IMG/VR virus record: IMGVR_UViG_3300026320_000001
Span: 83,694-147,693 of that record
From: a virus
Reading direction: 5' to 3' (one strand)
Length of the DNA stretch: 64,000 bases
Under the pieces are notes generated by a model. It saw only the letters and a list, made by a program, of their open reading frames with translations, had not been told where the DNA came from and did not search any database. Position numbers and translations under genes: made by a program. Each line of letters begins with the position of its first letter. Within the stretch, counting starts at the first letter, position 1. Shown one piece after another: positions 8,349 to 19,211 of this stretch.

Positions 8349-11045
8349 TTAAGCTGTATATTGAACTAAAATTCCATTATCAAATCTCATAAATCTATTT
8401 CCAGCCGGAGTAGTTACATTGACTGTTTGATTTAAGCCTCTTCCAGAAACAAAACCATCGGGAGAATAAGTATATAATTTTCCTTCAATATTTATATGTG
8501 CAGAAGATGGAACATTAAATATGATACCAAATTCAGAATGCATATTTATTCCACCACTATCTTGTAACATAAAATTAGCTCCTGAATTTGATGAAATTTC
8601 TATTTCTAATGGAGCCGCTATTGAAATAAAACCAGAAGTACCAGATGTAACACTAACTCCTCCGGGCCATTGTAAAGCAACTCCTGTTGGTGCAACTCCT
8701 GTTGATATTTTTTGAAATGGTATGTTGGTCAATTGAGAATAATCAACAAGACCTAATAATTTTACTGCCTGAATATTTCCAGTAAAAGTTCCAGATGCTC
8801 CAGATATATTTCCACTAAAAGTTCCAGTAGCGGCACTCAATGCGCCTGCAAATGTTCCTGTTGCCGCAGATAAACTCCCTGCAAATGTTCCTGTTGCCGC
8901 AGATAGAGAACCGCTAAAAGTTCCAGTAGCGGCACTTAAAATACCAGCAAAATTTACATTACCAACATTATCAACCCAAAATTTATCAACAAAAGTTCCG
9001 CCTTGATTTTTTTGAATATTCAAAACTTTGATTGCTGTTGGGTCAATAAATATTTTAGTATTTGTTGAAGTTAAAGTAAATTTAGCATTAGTTAATGTTG
9101 CACCTGTTTGGTCTAATACAAAATTATTTCCACCATTAGAAATTCTTAAAGAATTACCGGCAAGAATATTTCCGACGATAACACCACCAACAACACCATA
9201 TGCTGTTCCACCGCCGGGAACAGATACCTCTCCAAGTGCTAATTTTGATGTTAAAAATCCATCATCTGAAAATGCTAAAACATTATTTACAAGCCATGCT
9301 TGTTTTAGACTATAAGTACCACCACTATAATTTCTTGCTCTTAATCCATTTTCATTAATAAGAATTTCTTGATTTGAATTGCTTATTAAATTATTTGTTG
9401 TTGTATTTAAATCAGATGTAATAAAATTTGTTACATCATCTTTATAATTATTACTCCAATTACTCCAATTATAATTATCAAAACTTACAGCAGAACCAGT
9501 TTTAACAACATTTCCTACTAAGTCAGAATACATAAATCCACTTCCGTCAATTCTAACTCTATTACTAAATAGCATAGAAAAATTAATTGGGTCATTAAAA
9601 CCAAATGTAATTTTTAATAACACTGTTTCTATAAAAACATCTGTTTCTATTTCAGCAATTACGGTTGCACCAACTTCTGTTTGAGTCGTAAAAACAGAGA
9701 ATTCTTCCAATGCAATATAATTTGCTGAATTCATAGAAATTTCATATCTTGGTTGAGAAACTCTTGCCAATACTGTTATAGCTTGGTCATATAATGCTTG
9801 TTCAGCATGTTGAATTTCTACTAAGGTCATAGAATCAGTTTGAATTATATTTTCATTTTTATATGTGTTTTCATATATGAAATTATTCAATTCTAATAAT
9901 TGTGATGGACTAAAATTTGTTGAAAAACTAACCTGATTATTTATTGTAACTATACTAGTTGTTGTTGAATTTATTTGAGTTTGTTTATTTGTAATTAAAA
10001 TTTGTTGTGCTGTTATTTGAGATTGTTTTGCGACCATTAGGGCGACAATATCAGAATAGGGGAGTCCCTGTTGTATTCTTACTTTTTGAACGCCCTCCAA
10101 TGCTAACAATTCAGAATTCAAAGTATCTAAAGTACCATTTAAAACTATTAATTCTGAATTATAAGTTATTAATAAAGTCAATAAATTAGCATAACTCAAC
10201 TGAAGAGAATCAATTAAATTATTCCAATTATTAACTGCTGTTACAAGACTGGAACTCATCCAATTAGAATTTGTATAATAAGAAAAATCATATATCTTAT
10301 CTGTTCCTAAAGGATTTACTGCACGTATATTTAAAACACCTCCACCATAAACAGATAGACATGTGGTTATTTCATCACTTTTTTCAGAAAATGTTGCATC
10401 TTTTATTATGTTATCAAAACTTAAAAATATATCAGTTTGTATTGTTGCATTTTCTATTGTTTTTGCTGAAATAGTTTTATTATCAGTATCAAAAAAGAAA
10501 ACACATTCAAATGCTTTACACACATCTACCATTAAAAAATTATAAATGTTTGTATCTGAAACATTGAATGTTCTAAATTTAACCATTAATTCTGTATCAA
10601 TATTTCCAATAGACCATGTTGGTGCAAGCTTAATCATATCATCAAGAAGTGTTCCAGCAGGACTAACAATGTTATATAAAGCAACTGTTCCACCATAGGC
10701 AACCAATCTTTTTGAAATTAAATCTGCTTCTAAAGAATTGCATGTTACTTTTTTTATTGGAATTGAACCATTCAAATCTTCTTCAGAATCAATAATTAAA
10801 AAATATCCATATCCTTCAATTCTAACAAGTCTTTTGTTTTGAATATAATCATATGCTTCTATGTTTGTTGTTCCACCATCTATACTTTTAGGAAAATCAA
10901 ATTTGAATTCACTAAGAGAATTAAAATTTAAATTTATTTCTGTATTATATGCAAGACCCAATGAATATAATTCCGATTTATCCGGGTTGCACAGAAGGAT
11001 AAAAGGTATTTCAGGTTGACCAAAGAAATCAAATTGGACATCCAT
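8349..11045 (-). CDS. tail-associated / baseplate hub-spike protein (Tal-like)
   Basis: Follows TMP and Dit; prophage-tail-like N-terminus, coiled coil, GTFxGxLSAAT repeats. Confidence 0.75.
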   Translation of the reverse strand: MDVQFDFFGQPEIPFILLCNPDKSELYSLGLAYNTEINLNFNSLSEFKFDFPKSIDGGTTNIEAYDYIQNKRLVRIEGYGYFLIIDSEEDLNGSIPIKKVTCNSLEADLISKRLVAYGGTVALYNIVSPAGTLLDDMIKLAPTWSIGNIDTELMVKFRTFNVSDTNIYNFLMVDVCKAFECVFFFDTDNKTISAKTIENATIQTDIFLSFDNIIKDATFSEKSDEITTCLSVYGGGVLNIRAVNPLGTDKIYDFSYYTNSNWMSSSLVTAVNNWNNLIDSLQLSYANLLTLLITYNSELIVLNGTLDTLNSELLALEGVQKVRIQQGLPYSDIVALMVAKQSQITAQQILITNKQTQINSTTTSIVTINNQVSFSTNFSPSQLLELNNFIYENTYKNENIIQTDSMTLVEIQHAEQALYDQAITVLARVSQPRYEISMNSANYIALEEFSVFTTQTEVGATVIAEIETDVFIETVLLKITFGFNDPINFSMLFSNRVRIDGSGFMYSDLVGNVVKTGSAVSFDNYNWSNWSNNYKDDVTNFITSDLNTTTNNLISNSNQEILINENGLRARNYSGGTYSLKQAWLVNNVLAFSDDGFLTSKLALGEVSVPGGGTAYGVVGGVIVGNILAGNSLRISNGGNNFVLDQTGATLTNAKFTLTSTNTKIFIDPTAIKVLNIQKNQGGTFVDKFWVDNVGNVNFAGILSAATGTFSGSLSAATGTFAGSLSAATGTFAGALSAATGTFSGNISGASGTFTGNIQAVKLLGLVDYSQLTNIPFQKISTGVAPTGVALQWPGGVSVTSGTSGFISIAAPLEIEISSNSGANFMLQDSGGINMHSEFGIIFNVPSSAHINIEGKLYTYSPDGFVSGRGLNQTVNVTTPAGNRFMRFDNGILVQYTA
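8780..8950 (-). repeat. 33-bp tandem repeat encoding GxLSAATGTFx (~5 copies)
   Basis: CCTGCAAATGTTCCTGTTGCCGCAGATA occurs twice identically; flanking copies diverged. Confidence 0.85.
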
Positions 11046-11063
11046 ATTATTTAACCTCCTTTT

Positions 11064-11861
11064 TTACCCACCAATTTTTTTGGCGATTGTTTGAGTTGTC
11101 ATAGAAAATTGTGCGATATTTCCTTGTATTCTTAATCTATTAACTCCCGGAACTAATCTCAAAAAATGTTTATTGAATTTTGATAATCTTTTCAATCCAG
11201 TTGAAGAAGATATTGTTTGTAAACTATTATCTATAGTAATTACTTCATTAGCAGAAAGGGCGGTAAAAGTAAACATTCTATTATTATCATCAAGATTTGT
11301 TATATTTATATTTCCACCAAAAGAATTACAAGTAAGAATATTGGATGGATATAAATAAGAACCTATATCATCTGAAATATTATTAAAAGTAATTGTAGCA
11401 TCAACAACAGGAACAACATAATTATACACAACAGTTTTTGGAAAATTAAAAGCAAATGGAGCATTACAATTAACTGTAAATTTTACTCCTGTTAATAAAT
11501 TACCAATTCTAACAATTTTTGGGTCATTTAATATTGCGTCAAAATAAACTAATTGCATATCATCTTCATCAATTTGAAGACGTTGATATGTTCTACTAGA
11601 AAAAAAGACTTTTTGAATTAATTGAAAAAAATCAGCATCAATTTCTTCGTTACTAAAAGCTGTCATTTCAAAAGATAAAACTGGAGATGGAGTTGCACCA
11701 TAAAAAAATGGTGTTGCCCGTCTATATAATTTTTGATTTAATATTTCCATTGAACTTGAACCCATTGATTCATTAACTGCTTGTGCATCTATATTGGAAA
11801 TTCTTAGTCCATATAATTCCGAAGGAATCCCCCCGTAGAGGAAAGAGCTACCATAAAACAT
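11064..11861 (-). CDS. distal tail protein (Dit)
   Basis: Directly after tape measure; CNAPFA and FLRLVPGVN motifs. Confidence 0.8.
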   Translation of the reverse strand: MFYGSSFLYGGIPSELYGLRISNIDAQAVNESMGSSSMEILNQKLYRRATPFFYGATPSPVLSFEMTAFSNEEIDADFFQLIQKVFFSSRTYQRLQIDEDDMQLVYFDAILNDPKIVRIGNLLTGVKFTVNCNAPFAFNFPKTVVYNYVVPVVDATITFNNISDDIGSYLYPSNILTCNSFGGNINITNLDDNNRMFTFTALSANEVITIDNSLQTISSSTGLKRLSKFNKHFLRLVPGVNRLRIQGNIAQFSMTTQTIAKKIGG

Positions 11862-11878
11862 ATTTTCTCCTTTCTATA

Positions 11879-11912
11879 TATAAACCCTTATTTATTATAA
11901 TAAGGGTTTATA
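11879..11912 (-). terminator. hairpin after the tape measure gene
   Basis: TATAAACCCTTATT...AATAAGGGTTTATA perfect inverted repeat. Confidence 0.55.
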
Positions 11913-11917
11913 ATTAA

Positions 11918-14900
11918 CTATTCTTGAAATAAATCTGCGCGCCTATTAAAACCACGATTTTGCATTGTTTTATTTAATTCTGAAATAACTTTTTGTGCTA
12001 TTTTTTCAATATCTGGAAGAACTGAACGGTCAAGATTTCCAGAAACAGTTATATCCATTAATTTCTCAATATTTATTCCTCCTGAACCAGATGATTGAAC
12101 CATTGATTGAGGTAAAATATTTGACATAAAATTATGCATTTGTTTAGGATTTATAACAAGTTCTCCGTCCATAAGCTTATTAAATTCTTCATTGGATTTT
12201 AATTTCGGTGCGCCTCCAACAAATCCAGATTTTATACCATCATGTCTATGTGGAACAACGGGAGTGATGGTAGAAGATGGTGTAAACGCTCCAGCACCTC
12301 CAGCAACTCCTCCAAGTCCAGCCAAAGATGTTCTATATTGTTCTACTGCCATTCTTGCAGAATCCCACATTTGAACAATATCTTTATCAATTCCAGTTCC
12401 ATATTCACTATTCCAAGCAATTAAATCTTTATAAACACTTGAATTTTTATCGGCAATCAAGTCTAATGCTTGTTTATTTATATTGCCTTCTTTTGATAAA
12501 TAATCATCAATTAATTGTATTTGGTCTTGTAATGATTTTTCTTTTGCGTTATAAGAATTATCAAGTTCTTCAACTCTTATATCGTATCTTCTTTGAGCCG
12601 CTTGTTGTTCATCATCAATTTCTCTTAAGCGTAAACTATATGATTCTTCATAATTCTTTTTTTCTTGGTCAATTGAATCGGTTTGTAATTGTGAAGTTTC
12701 TTGTGCAATTTGTTTTTCATGTTCCAATGCTTGATTTTGAAGATTATATTGTCTATCAGCAACATCCTGAGACATTCCCTTTTGTAATTTAGCGGCTTCA
12801 TCTTCTAGTTGCAATTTCTTTGCTTGTGCTTCGGCACTATCATCAAGTCCTAAAACAATTATTTGTGCTTCTAAATCTGAAAGTTTTTTTTGATTTTCTT
12901 CAGTTTTATTATTATAATCGTCTTCTGCTTTTTTAGCTTTTAATAATTCTTCTTGTGCAGATATGATTTTTAGATAAGAATCAAGCTCATCTTTTATTGC
13001 TTGTTTTCTATCATCGGCATTTTGTTGTTCATCTTCTTTTTGTCTTTGTAGACTTGTTTTCTCATCATCATAAATTTGTTTTTGTCTGTCTAATTGGTCT
13101 TTGTATTCTTTTTTTCTTTGTTCAATTACATTTTTATAATCCGAAAGTTCTTGTTTGAGATTATCTTTTTCTTGTTTCTTTATATCCTTTAACATTTCAA
13201 CAACATTTTTTGTTAATGCTTTGAATGCATCTTTAGATTCTTTTGTAACCTGAGAAATTGGAGAATCTGACGATGAAGATATTTGACTGGATGCTTGTTT
13301 TACAGTATTTACAACAGTTGCAAGTTGTTTAGCAATTTCTTGGTCTATTTTATCGCCATTTTTTAAAGTATTTAATAAAACATCTTGTTGTGCTTTATCT
13401 AAAGAATAATATGAAGTTTTTATTTGATTCATGTATTCTTTTTGCAATAAAGCATCTTCTTTTAACTTCTCTGCCAAGCCTTTTGCGGCATAGGGAGTGA
13501 TTATAAGACTATTTGCCTGTCTTTGAAATTGTTCTATTTCCTGTCTTGTTTTCTTATATGCATTTATGTCGGCTTCATAACTTTTTTTATTTGCTAAAGA
13601 AAGTTTTTCTTTTTCAATATCAATTTCTTCTTTTTTTAAATCTAGAAGTGCTTTTAAATTAACTGTTTCATCAATTATGAAATTGCCTTGTTCATCATAA
13701 TATCCTGAAACTGTAGGAAGAATATCTCTCAAATCTGATTGAACTTTAAAAAATCTTTCTTGTTCATCATTTGTTTTACTTGTTTTATTTTTTAATGATT
13801 CAAATTCTTTCCATAAATCTTTGATGGAATCTGATTGTTTATTTAGTTTAGATAAATTAGCGGCACTTTCTTTTGCATTCATAGATAATTGATTTAATTT
13901 ATCTCTTGTTTCATCAACAGTATCATTAAAATAATTAAATGCTAAAACAGCCGCACCAATGGCTAGTACAGCAAATCCAAATGGATTTGCTTCCATAATT
14001 AAGGTTAATGCCGCCCATGCATCAGTTAATGTTGTTATACCAACAGCAGAAACAATAGCCGCTCCATTGAATGCCAATAGGGAAGTGGTTATAACTCCAA
14101 AAAGTGCTGGAAGTCCACCAGCCAAAGATATTATATTTAATAATCCTGAACCAATATCATATAATGCAGGAACTAATCCACTAGATACAGTTCCTTGTAT
14201 TAATTTTTCCCATGAAGCAATAAATCTATTTTGTGCGGCTTCTGCGCTTTTCAAATAAATTGAATATCTATCCATTGCAAGACCAGCAGAATTTGATTCT
14301 TCTGTTTGCAATTTCAATGCTTCGTTCATATGTCCCATAAGAACATAGAAAATATTAGCTTGACGTACACCGGCGATACTTTTTGCTATATTGGCTTGCT
14401 CTGTATCACTTAAGCCATTCCATTTAGCTGAAACATCTTCTAATACATCAGACATATTTCTAAATTGATGTTGACTATCTCTCAATGGAACATCTATTCT
14501 TGCCAAAGCAGATTCAACATTATTTAAACCAAGACCATCTTCATCAATTTTTCCAGCTTTAATATCTTGCATACGAGCAAACATGGTTTTAAATGATTGA
14601 CCAATTGTTTCTGCGCTTTGTCTGGTAACAGAACTAACTACACCAATATAACTTATTAGTTTATCAAGACTTACTCCGGCTTGTTGACCTGACGCCGCTG
14701 AATATTGTAATGCTGTTGCCAATTCACCAGCGCTTGTTGCGGCAACATTATCTACAGCTATCAATTTATCAACAACACTTGAAGCATCTTTTGCTTCTAG
14801 TTTATATGAATTTAATGTTGCTGTTAAATAATTTGTTGCATCTGCTGTTTCAAGATTTCCAAGTTTTGAAAGCATTAAACTTGAACGAAGTAATTCTTGT

Positions 14901-15646
14901 GTTTCTGCAATGCTTTTACCTTGTCTTAACCACTCAACACTTCCTTGTGCGACTTCGATAGTTGTTGCGCCTAATTCTCTTGCAAGTCTATTATAACTTA
15001 AAGCCAAAGCATTTACTTCTTCTGGTGTTTGCGCTCCAGTTACTTGCAAGACTTGAATATTTGTCATTTCTTTATTCAAATCTTTTACATATTGAATACC
15101 TTGTTTAATTTGATTTAATGCACCATAAACTAATCCAATACTTGTTGCATATTGTAAAGTTCTTGAAATAGCATTTGATAAACCATCAGTCCAAGTTGCA
15201 ATAGATTTAGTAGAACCTTGAACTACTTTTGTAGTTTGAACAAATCCAGCATTTTGTTCATCAGTAGCATTTTTTAATTTATAAGTTTCAGTAATTAAAG
15301 TATCTTGTGCATCTCTATATTTTACAATTTGACCAGTGACATCACCAGTATTATTTGTAATATTTGTTGTTTGAACATTTTTTCCTAAATCTTGTAATTC
15401 TTTTATTCTTGTTTGAATTTCATCAAGAGATTTTAATTCCATTTTAGCATCAATAAGTTGAATTTTTGATTTACTCTTATTGATAGAACTATTAACTTTG
15501 GCTGTAAAATCGCTAACATCTTTATCGTTTATATTTAATTTTAAATTTAAACTATATTTTTTTGATAAAGTGTCAACTTCTTCTTGAAGACTTGTTGCAT
15601 CTATAGATGCTTTTAAAATTAAACGATAATCTTTATTGCTTGCCAT
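11918..15646 (-). CDS. tape measure protein
   Basis: TP901-type core (EWLRQGK, VDKLIAVDN, TRQSAETIGQSFKTMFAR), hydrophobic ANP segment, long coiled coils. Confidence 0.92.
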   Translation of the reverse strand: MASNKDYRLILKASIDATSLQEEVDTLSKKYSLNLKLNINDKDVSDFTAKVNSSINKSKSKIQLIDAKMELKSLDEIQTRIKELQDLGKNVQTTNITNNTGDVTGQIVKYRDAQDTLITETYKLKNATDEQNAGFVQTTKVVQGSTKSIATWTDGLSNAISRTLQYATSIGLVYGALNQIKQGIQYVKDLNKEMTNIQVLQVTGAQTPEEVNALALSYNRLARELGATTIEVAQGSVEWLRQGKSIAETQELLRSSLMLSKLGNLETADATNYLTATLNSYKLEAKDASSVVDKLIAVDNVAATSAGELATALQYSAASGQQAGVSLDKLISYIGVVSSVTRQSAETIGQSFKTMFARMQDIKAGKIDEDGLGLNNVESALARIDVPLRDSQHQFRNMSDVLEDVSAKWNGLSDTEQANIAKSIAGVRQANIFYVLMGHMNEALKLQTEESNSAGLAMDRYSIYLKSAEAAQNRFIASWEKLIQGTVSSGLVPALYDIGSGLLNIISLAGGLPALFGVITTSLLAFNGAAIVSAVGITTLTDAWAALTLIMEANPFGFAVLAIGAAVLAFNYFNDTVDETRDKLNQLSMNAKESAANLSKLNKQSDSIKDLWKEFESLKNKTSKTNDEQERFFKVQSDLRDILPTVSGYYDEQGNFIIDETVNLKALLDLKKEEIDIEKEKLSLANKKSYEADINAYKKTRQEIEQFQRQANSLIITPYAAKGLAEKLKEDALLQKEYMNQIKTSYYSLDKAQQDVLLNTLKNGDKIDQEIAKQLATVVNTVKQASSQISSSSDSPISQVTKESKDAFKALTKNVVEMLKDIKKQEKDNLKQELSDYKNVIEQRKKEYKDQLDRQKQIYDDEKTSLQRQKEDEQQNADDRKQAIKDELDSYLKIISAQEELLKAKKAEDDYNNKTEENQKKLSDLEAQIIVLGLDDSAEAQAKKLQLEDEAAKLQKGMSQDVADRQYNLQNQALEHEKQIAQETSQLQTDSIDQEKKNYEESYSLRLREIDDEQQAAQRRYDIRVEELDNSYNAKEKSLQDQIQLIDDYLSKEGNINKQALDLIADKNSSVYKDLIAWNSEYGTGIDKDIVQMWDSARMAVEQYRTSLAGLGGVAGGAGAFTPSSTITPVVPHRHDGIKSGFVGGAPKLKSNEEFNKLMDGELVINPKQMHNFMSNILPQSMVQSSGSGGINIEKLMDITVSGNLDRSVLPDIEKIAQKVISELNKTMQNRGFNRRADLFQE

Positions 15647-15688
15647 TTTTCCTCCTTCTCCTCACCAAGATAGGGAGGTGGTTATTAT

Positions 15689-16693
15689 TTAAGTAAATGC
15701 TTCATCTGACATATCCTCATCATCACGAATAACATATAATTCACTTGTTTGTGATGATTCATGTCCTAATAATTTTTGAACTACTTTTATATCGCGTCCC
15801 TGTTCTACTACTAAACTCGTAGCACGTGACTCTCTCAAAATATGTGGGTGAAATCTTCTTCCCAATAATTTTGTAAAAATTGTTGTTCCCCATAAATTTA
15901 AAGTTGCCGGATTCAATTGTTTGACAACATGGTTATGTTTTGATACAAAAACATATGGACAATCATCATTTCCTCTAATTTCCATCCATTTTTTAATTGC
16001 CAACATAGATTCTTCATCAAATTGAAAAATTCTAATCTTACCGGCTTTTCCTTTTCCTTTACATCTAATTTTTCCAGTTAAATAATACGTGGCAGTTTTT
16101 ATAATTTCATTTCCATTTTCATCTTTTACTTTTATTTCTTTTTCTTGTTTTTCTGCATTAATAACTTCTTTTAAAAGCTGAATAGATTCTGCTCTTCTAC
16201 ATCCGGTGCTAAAAGTAAATTTTAAATATGCTAAATGTTGCCACATTTCTAATTTTTCTAATTCTTTACACATTAAAGAATATTCTTCAAGAGTGGGAGG
16301 ATTTTTTTCATTTACAAAAGCAGATGTGGGTGCAGATATTTTTTTAGTTATATAAGACCTAAAATTTAATTCTTCATAATATGTTTCAATATATGAGTTT
16401 AAAGATGAAACAGCCGCACGTTTTAATCTAACAGCAGAAGAAGAGAGTCCTCTTCTTGTCAAATAATTTTGATATAAAAGAAAATCTTTACTTTTTATTT
16501 TATCAAAATCTTTATCTTCACAATTATCTTTAATATAACAAAAATATATACGAAGTGCAGATGTATATTGTGACAAAGTTTGGTCAGATAATTGAATACT
16601 TTCTTTTAAAAATTCTTCCACTATTTTTCTATTTTTTTGATTTATAGATGCCCATTGAACATCTGTAACTTCAGGTATTTTTTCAACTGTCAT
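15689..16693 (-). CDS. tyrosine recombinase (XerC/D-like)
   Basis: STGCRRAE (R), KGK (K), HPHILR (HxxR), LLGH, SELY (Y): full catalytic set. Confidence 0.9.
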   Translation of the reverse strand: MTVEKIPEVTDVQWASINQKNRKIVEEFLKESIQLSDQTLSQYTSALRIYFCYIKDNCEDKDFDKIKSKDFLLYQNYLTRRGLSSSAVRLKRAAVSSLNSYIETYYEELNFRSYITKKISAPTSAFVNEKNPPTLEEYSLMCKELEKLEMWQHLAYLKFTFSTGCRRAESIQLLKEVINAEKQEKEIKVKDENGNEIIKTATYYLTGKIRCKGKGKAGKIRIFQFDEESMLAIKKWMEIRGNDDCPYVFVSKHNHVVKQLNPATLNLWGTTIFTKLLGRRFHPHILRESRATSLVVEQGRDIKVVQKLLGHESSQTSELYVIRDDEDMSDEAFT

Positions 16694-17327
16694 TATTAAT
16701 TGCTCCTCTATTTGGATAATCTTCTGGAAAATTTAATGGATGAGGCAAATTATTATTTATTATATATTCATCATATGCTTTTGCCGCATCAATTTCTGTA
16801 TCATAAATTCCAATGTGTATTGATTTATTATTTAATTTTAATGAGGCTCTCCAATATTTTTCATTTTTAAAAGAAACACCCCTATAAATAGATTTATATT
16901 TTATATTTGAACTTCTTTTTTTTGGGACTTTCATTCTTAATTTTCTTTCTTCTGAAAGATTTTTACCAAAAAGTGCCTTACGAATATTTTCTTTTGTTTC
17001 TTGGGATGGAATCCATCCCAATGAACCTTCTCCTCCGTCAGTTAAATTATAACCATTTGGAGATTTGGTATTGAATTTTTTAATATAATAAATTTCTTTT
17101 TTTATTAGTTCTTCTCTTTCACATTTTTTAATTATATAAAATTTAAAATTATTTTCTCCATATTTATTCCAAGCATTTTGTAAATAATTATTTACATGTT
17201 TATTATTTTTTAAATTAAATTTATGAGAATTCCATCTTCCAATTATATCTAAACCTTTTCCAATATATTTTTTATTATTAATTAAATTTTCAATACAATA
17301 AATTCCAATTATTTTATTAATTCTCAT
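16683..17327 (-). CDS. free-standing GIY-YIG homing endonuclease with AP2-like domain
   Basis: GIYCI...KYIGK, GYNLTDGGEG, YRGV...AAKAYD. Confidence 0.88.
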   Translation of the reverse strand: MRINKIIGIYCIENLINNKKYIGKGLDIIGRWNSHKFNLKNNKHVNNYLQNAWNKYGENNFKFYIIKKCEREELIKKEIYYIKKFNTKSPNGYNLTDGGEGSLGWIPSQETKENIRKALFGKNLSEERKLRMKVPKKRSSNIKYKSIYRGVSFKNEKYWRASLKLNNKSIHIGIYDTEIDAAKAYDEYIINNNLPHPLNFPEDYPNRGAINNDS

Positions 17328-17769
17328 TTTTCATATCCTTAATAATAATTTCAACTCTTGGATTTAATTTATCATATTGGAAGGGATGAAATTTTAATCT
17401 TAAATTTTCTCCATTATCATCTATCAAAACCCCTGCGTCAACAAATCCATCATTAATCAATTTGGGTGTAAGCAGTAAATTATCGAAATCTCTTCTCCTA
17501 TGGTCTGGAAAAAAGAAAGTGTATTCAAATTCTGCTTTATTTAATTTTAAATTAGCAACATCATAATAGCTTGCTAACCAAATTGAAAATTCTTTATATT
17601 TTTGTTTCAATGAATTTTGAACCATTCTTTTTATTGATGTAAAATAATTAAAAGAAGGTGGTATCGGTTTTTTTATTGGCATAACTTTTCTCTTTGGATA
17701 TTTTTCAAAATAATAAATCATATATTTTTCTAAAATATCATTATTAATTATTATTTTATATTTATTCAT
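17317..17769 (-). CDS. rusA: RusA-like Holliday junction resolvase
   Basis: RRRDFDN...KLINDGFVDAGVLIDD and NPRVEI motifs. Confidence 0.8.
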   Translation of the reverse strand: MNKYKIIINNDILEKYMIYYFEKYPKRKVMPIKKPIPPSFNYFTSIKRMVQNSLKQKYKEFSIWLASYYDVANLKLNKAEFEYTFFFPDHRRRDFDNLLLTPKLINDGFVDAGVLIDDNGENLRLKFHPFQYDKLNPRVEIIIKDMKNEN

Positions 17770-17780
17770 ATTCTTAATTT

Positions 17781-17812
17781 TATGTAGACTCTCACATAAG
17801 AGAGTCTACATA
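17781..17812 (-). terminator. hairpin at gene junction
   Basis: TATGTAGACTCTC-ACATAA-GAGAGTCTACATA. Confidence 0.5.
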
Positions 17813-18288
17813 TTAACTCCTCTTTTTTTAAATTCTGAAGAAAATAATTTTTCTAATTCTCCCTCTTCAAACATTTCATGTATAAAACGATTCCAATAAT
17901 CCGCACGCTGTTTGTGTCCAAATACATCATTTACATTAAGTAAATCAGCAAGACGTTTACGCATATCTTTTCCATTTTCAAAATGGCGACCAGAACCTCT
18001 ATCAACGGTCATGACTTCCCAATTATAAAATAATTCTCTTGATATATCATTTAATGTTTTACGAGTTTCTTTTAGTCGAAATGCTTCTAGAAATTCATAA
18101 GAAGGAATTCCAGAATTATCTTCATAATTCTTATTGGGGAAATAGTCCCAATGGTATGTTTCGGCAAGTATATGGTCTTTTAATTTTTCTCTTACTTGAA
18201 TGCTAACAGATTCAATAACTTCTCTTGTTATTTCTTCCATTAGAATTCTTAATTGGTTCTCGTTTTTTATATTCAATATCATCACCAA
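17806..18288 (-). CDS. putative tail completion protein
   Basis: Position in the tail module; function inferred from location only, start uncertain. Confidence 0.45.
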   Translation of the reverse strand: MVMILNIKNENQLRILMEEITREVIESVSIQVREKLKDHILAETYHWDYFPNKNYEDNSGIPSYEFLEAFRLKETRKTLNDISRELFYNWEVMTVDRGSGRHFENGKDMRKRLADLLNVNDVFGHKQRADYWNRFIHEMFEEGELEKLFSSEFKKRGVNM

Positions 18289-18490
18289 GAACTTTCTTTT
18301 TATTATTATCCTGCTTTTTATTTATATGATTATGATTTTCATATTCGCAGGTTGGACAATATATATAATCTTTTTCATCTATAATCTCAACACCTTTAAC
18401 AAGAACAGAATTATTTTCAACTCTTAGTTGAAGAATTCCACCACATTCTGGACAACGCTTTTTCAAAGTTCTTTTAAGACGACCCAACAT
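18212..18490 (-). CDS. small zinc-ribbon protein
   Basis: CPECG and CPTCE motifs. Confidence 0.65.
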   Translation of the reverse strand: MLGRLKRTLKKRCPECGGILQLRVENNSVLVKGVEIIDEKDYIYCPTCEYENHNHINKKQDNNKKKVLGDDIEYKKREPIKNSNGRNNKRSY

Positions 18491-18491
18491 A

Positions 18492-19031
18492 TTATTTTAC
18501 CGATTCTTTCATGATTGCTCCAACAGGAGTATTTTCTAATTCTTTGCTAAAATTTTTTATAATATTATTGATATTATCTAATCCTTCTTGTGAAAAATCG
18601 AATTCAGAAATTTTTTTAAGTAAAGGATTAATTTGCATCAAGAATGACTGAACAACATAAGCAATATTATCTTTTTTATTTTTTTCATATTCTAAAGCAT
18701 CTTTTAGTGCCATTTCAAATTGTGGATAATTATCAATATTTCTCTTGATTTTTTCCCAAAGACCACTAGCAATAAATAATTCTATATTGAATTCATTTTC
18801 AATATCAACATTGGTCATTAAATCTAAAACAGCTATAATATTTCCATATTGAGCAGAAATATAATTTCTTTCTTCATTTTCAAAATATATTTGCATAAAT
18901 GTATTGATTAATATTCTTTGTTTCTCAACATTCATATAACGTTCAACTTCTATTTTTTGACCATCAAATTCAACTGAATCTAATGATTTTTGTGATTCCT
19001 TTGATTTTATCCAAGCAATCTTCTTACTCAT
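18492..19031 (-). CDS. hypothetical tail-module protein
   Basis: 179-aa ORF with AGGAG RBS. Confidence 0.7.
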   Translation of the reverse strand: MSKKIAWIKSKESQKSLDSVEFDGQKIEVERYMNVEKQRILINTFMQIYFENEERNYISAQYGNIIAVLDLMTNVDIENEFNIELFIASGLWEKIKRNIDNYPQFEMALKDALEYEKNKKDNIAYVVQSFLMQINPLLKKISEFDFSQEGLDNINNIIKNFSKELENTPVGAIMKESVK

Positions 19032-19211
19032 GTAATTCTCCTATTTTTTGCATTTTTTAATTATCATCTATTTTTTGTACTTTTTATGACTATATACAAT
19101 AGTCATAAAAATAAACAAAAATACTAAAGATAAAAAATCATAAAAGTTATTTCACAGGTCAAATTGACCCGTAAATTCATTGATGAAATGACTGTTTTAT
19201 CAATAGTATTA

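Noticed and set aside
15689-16693. Integrase marking a prophage boundary
   Set aside because: It is flanked by phage genes on both sides; no host genes or att-like duplication are visible.
17806-19031. Programmed frameshift in tail chaperone genes
   Set aside because: I found no convincing slippery site, and the ORFs have plausible independent starts.
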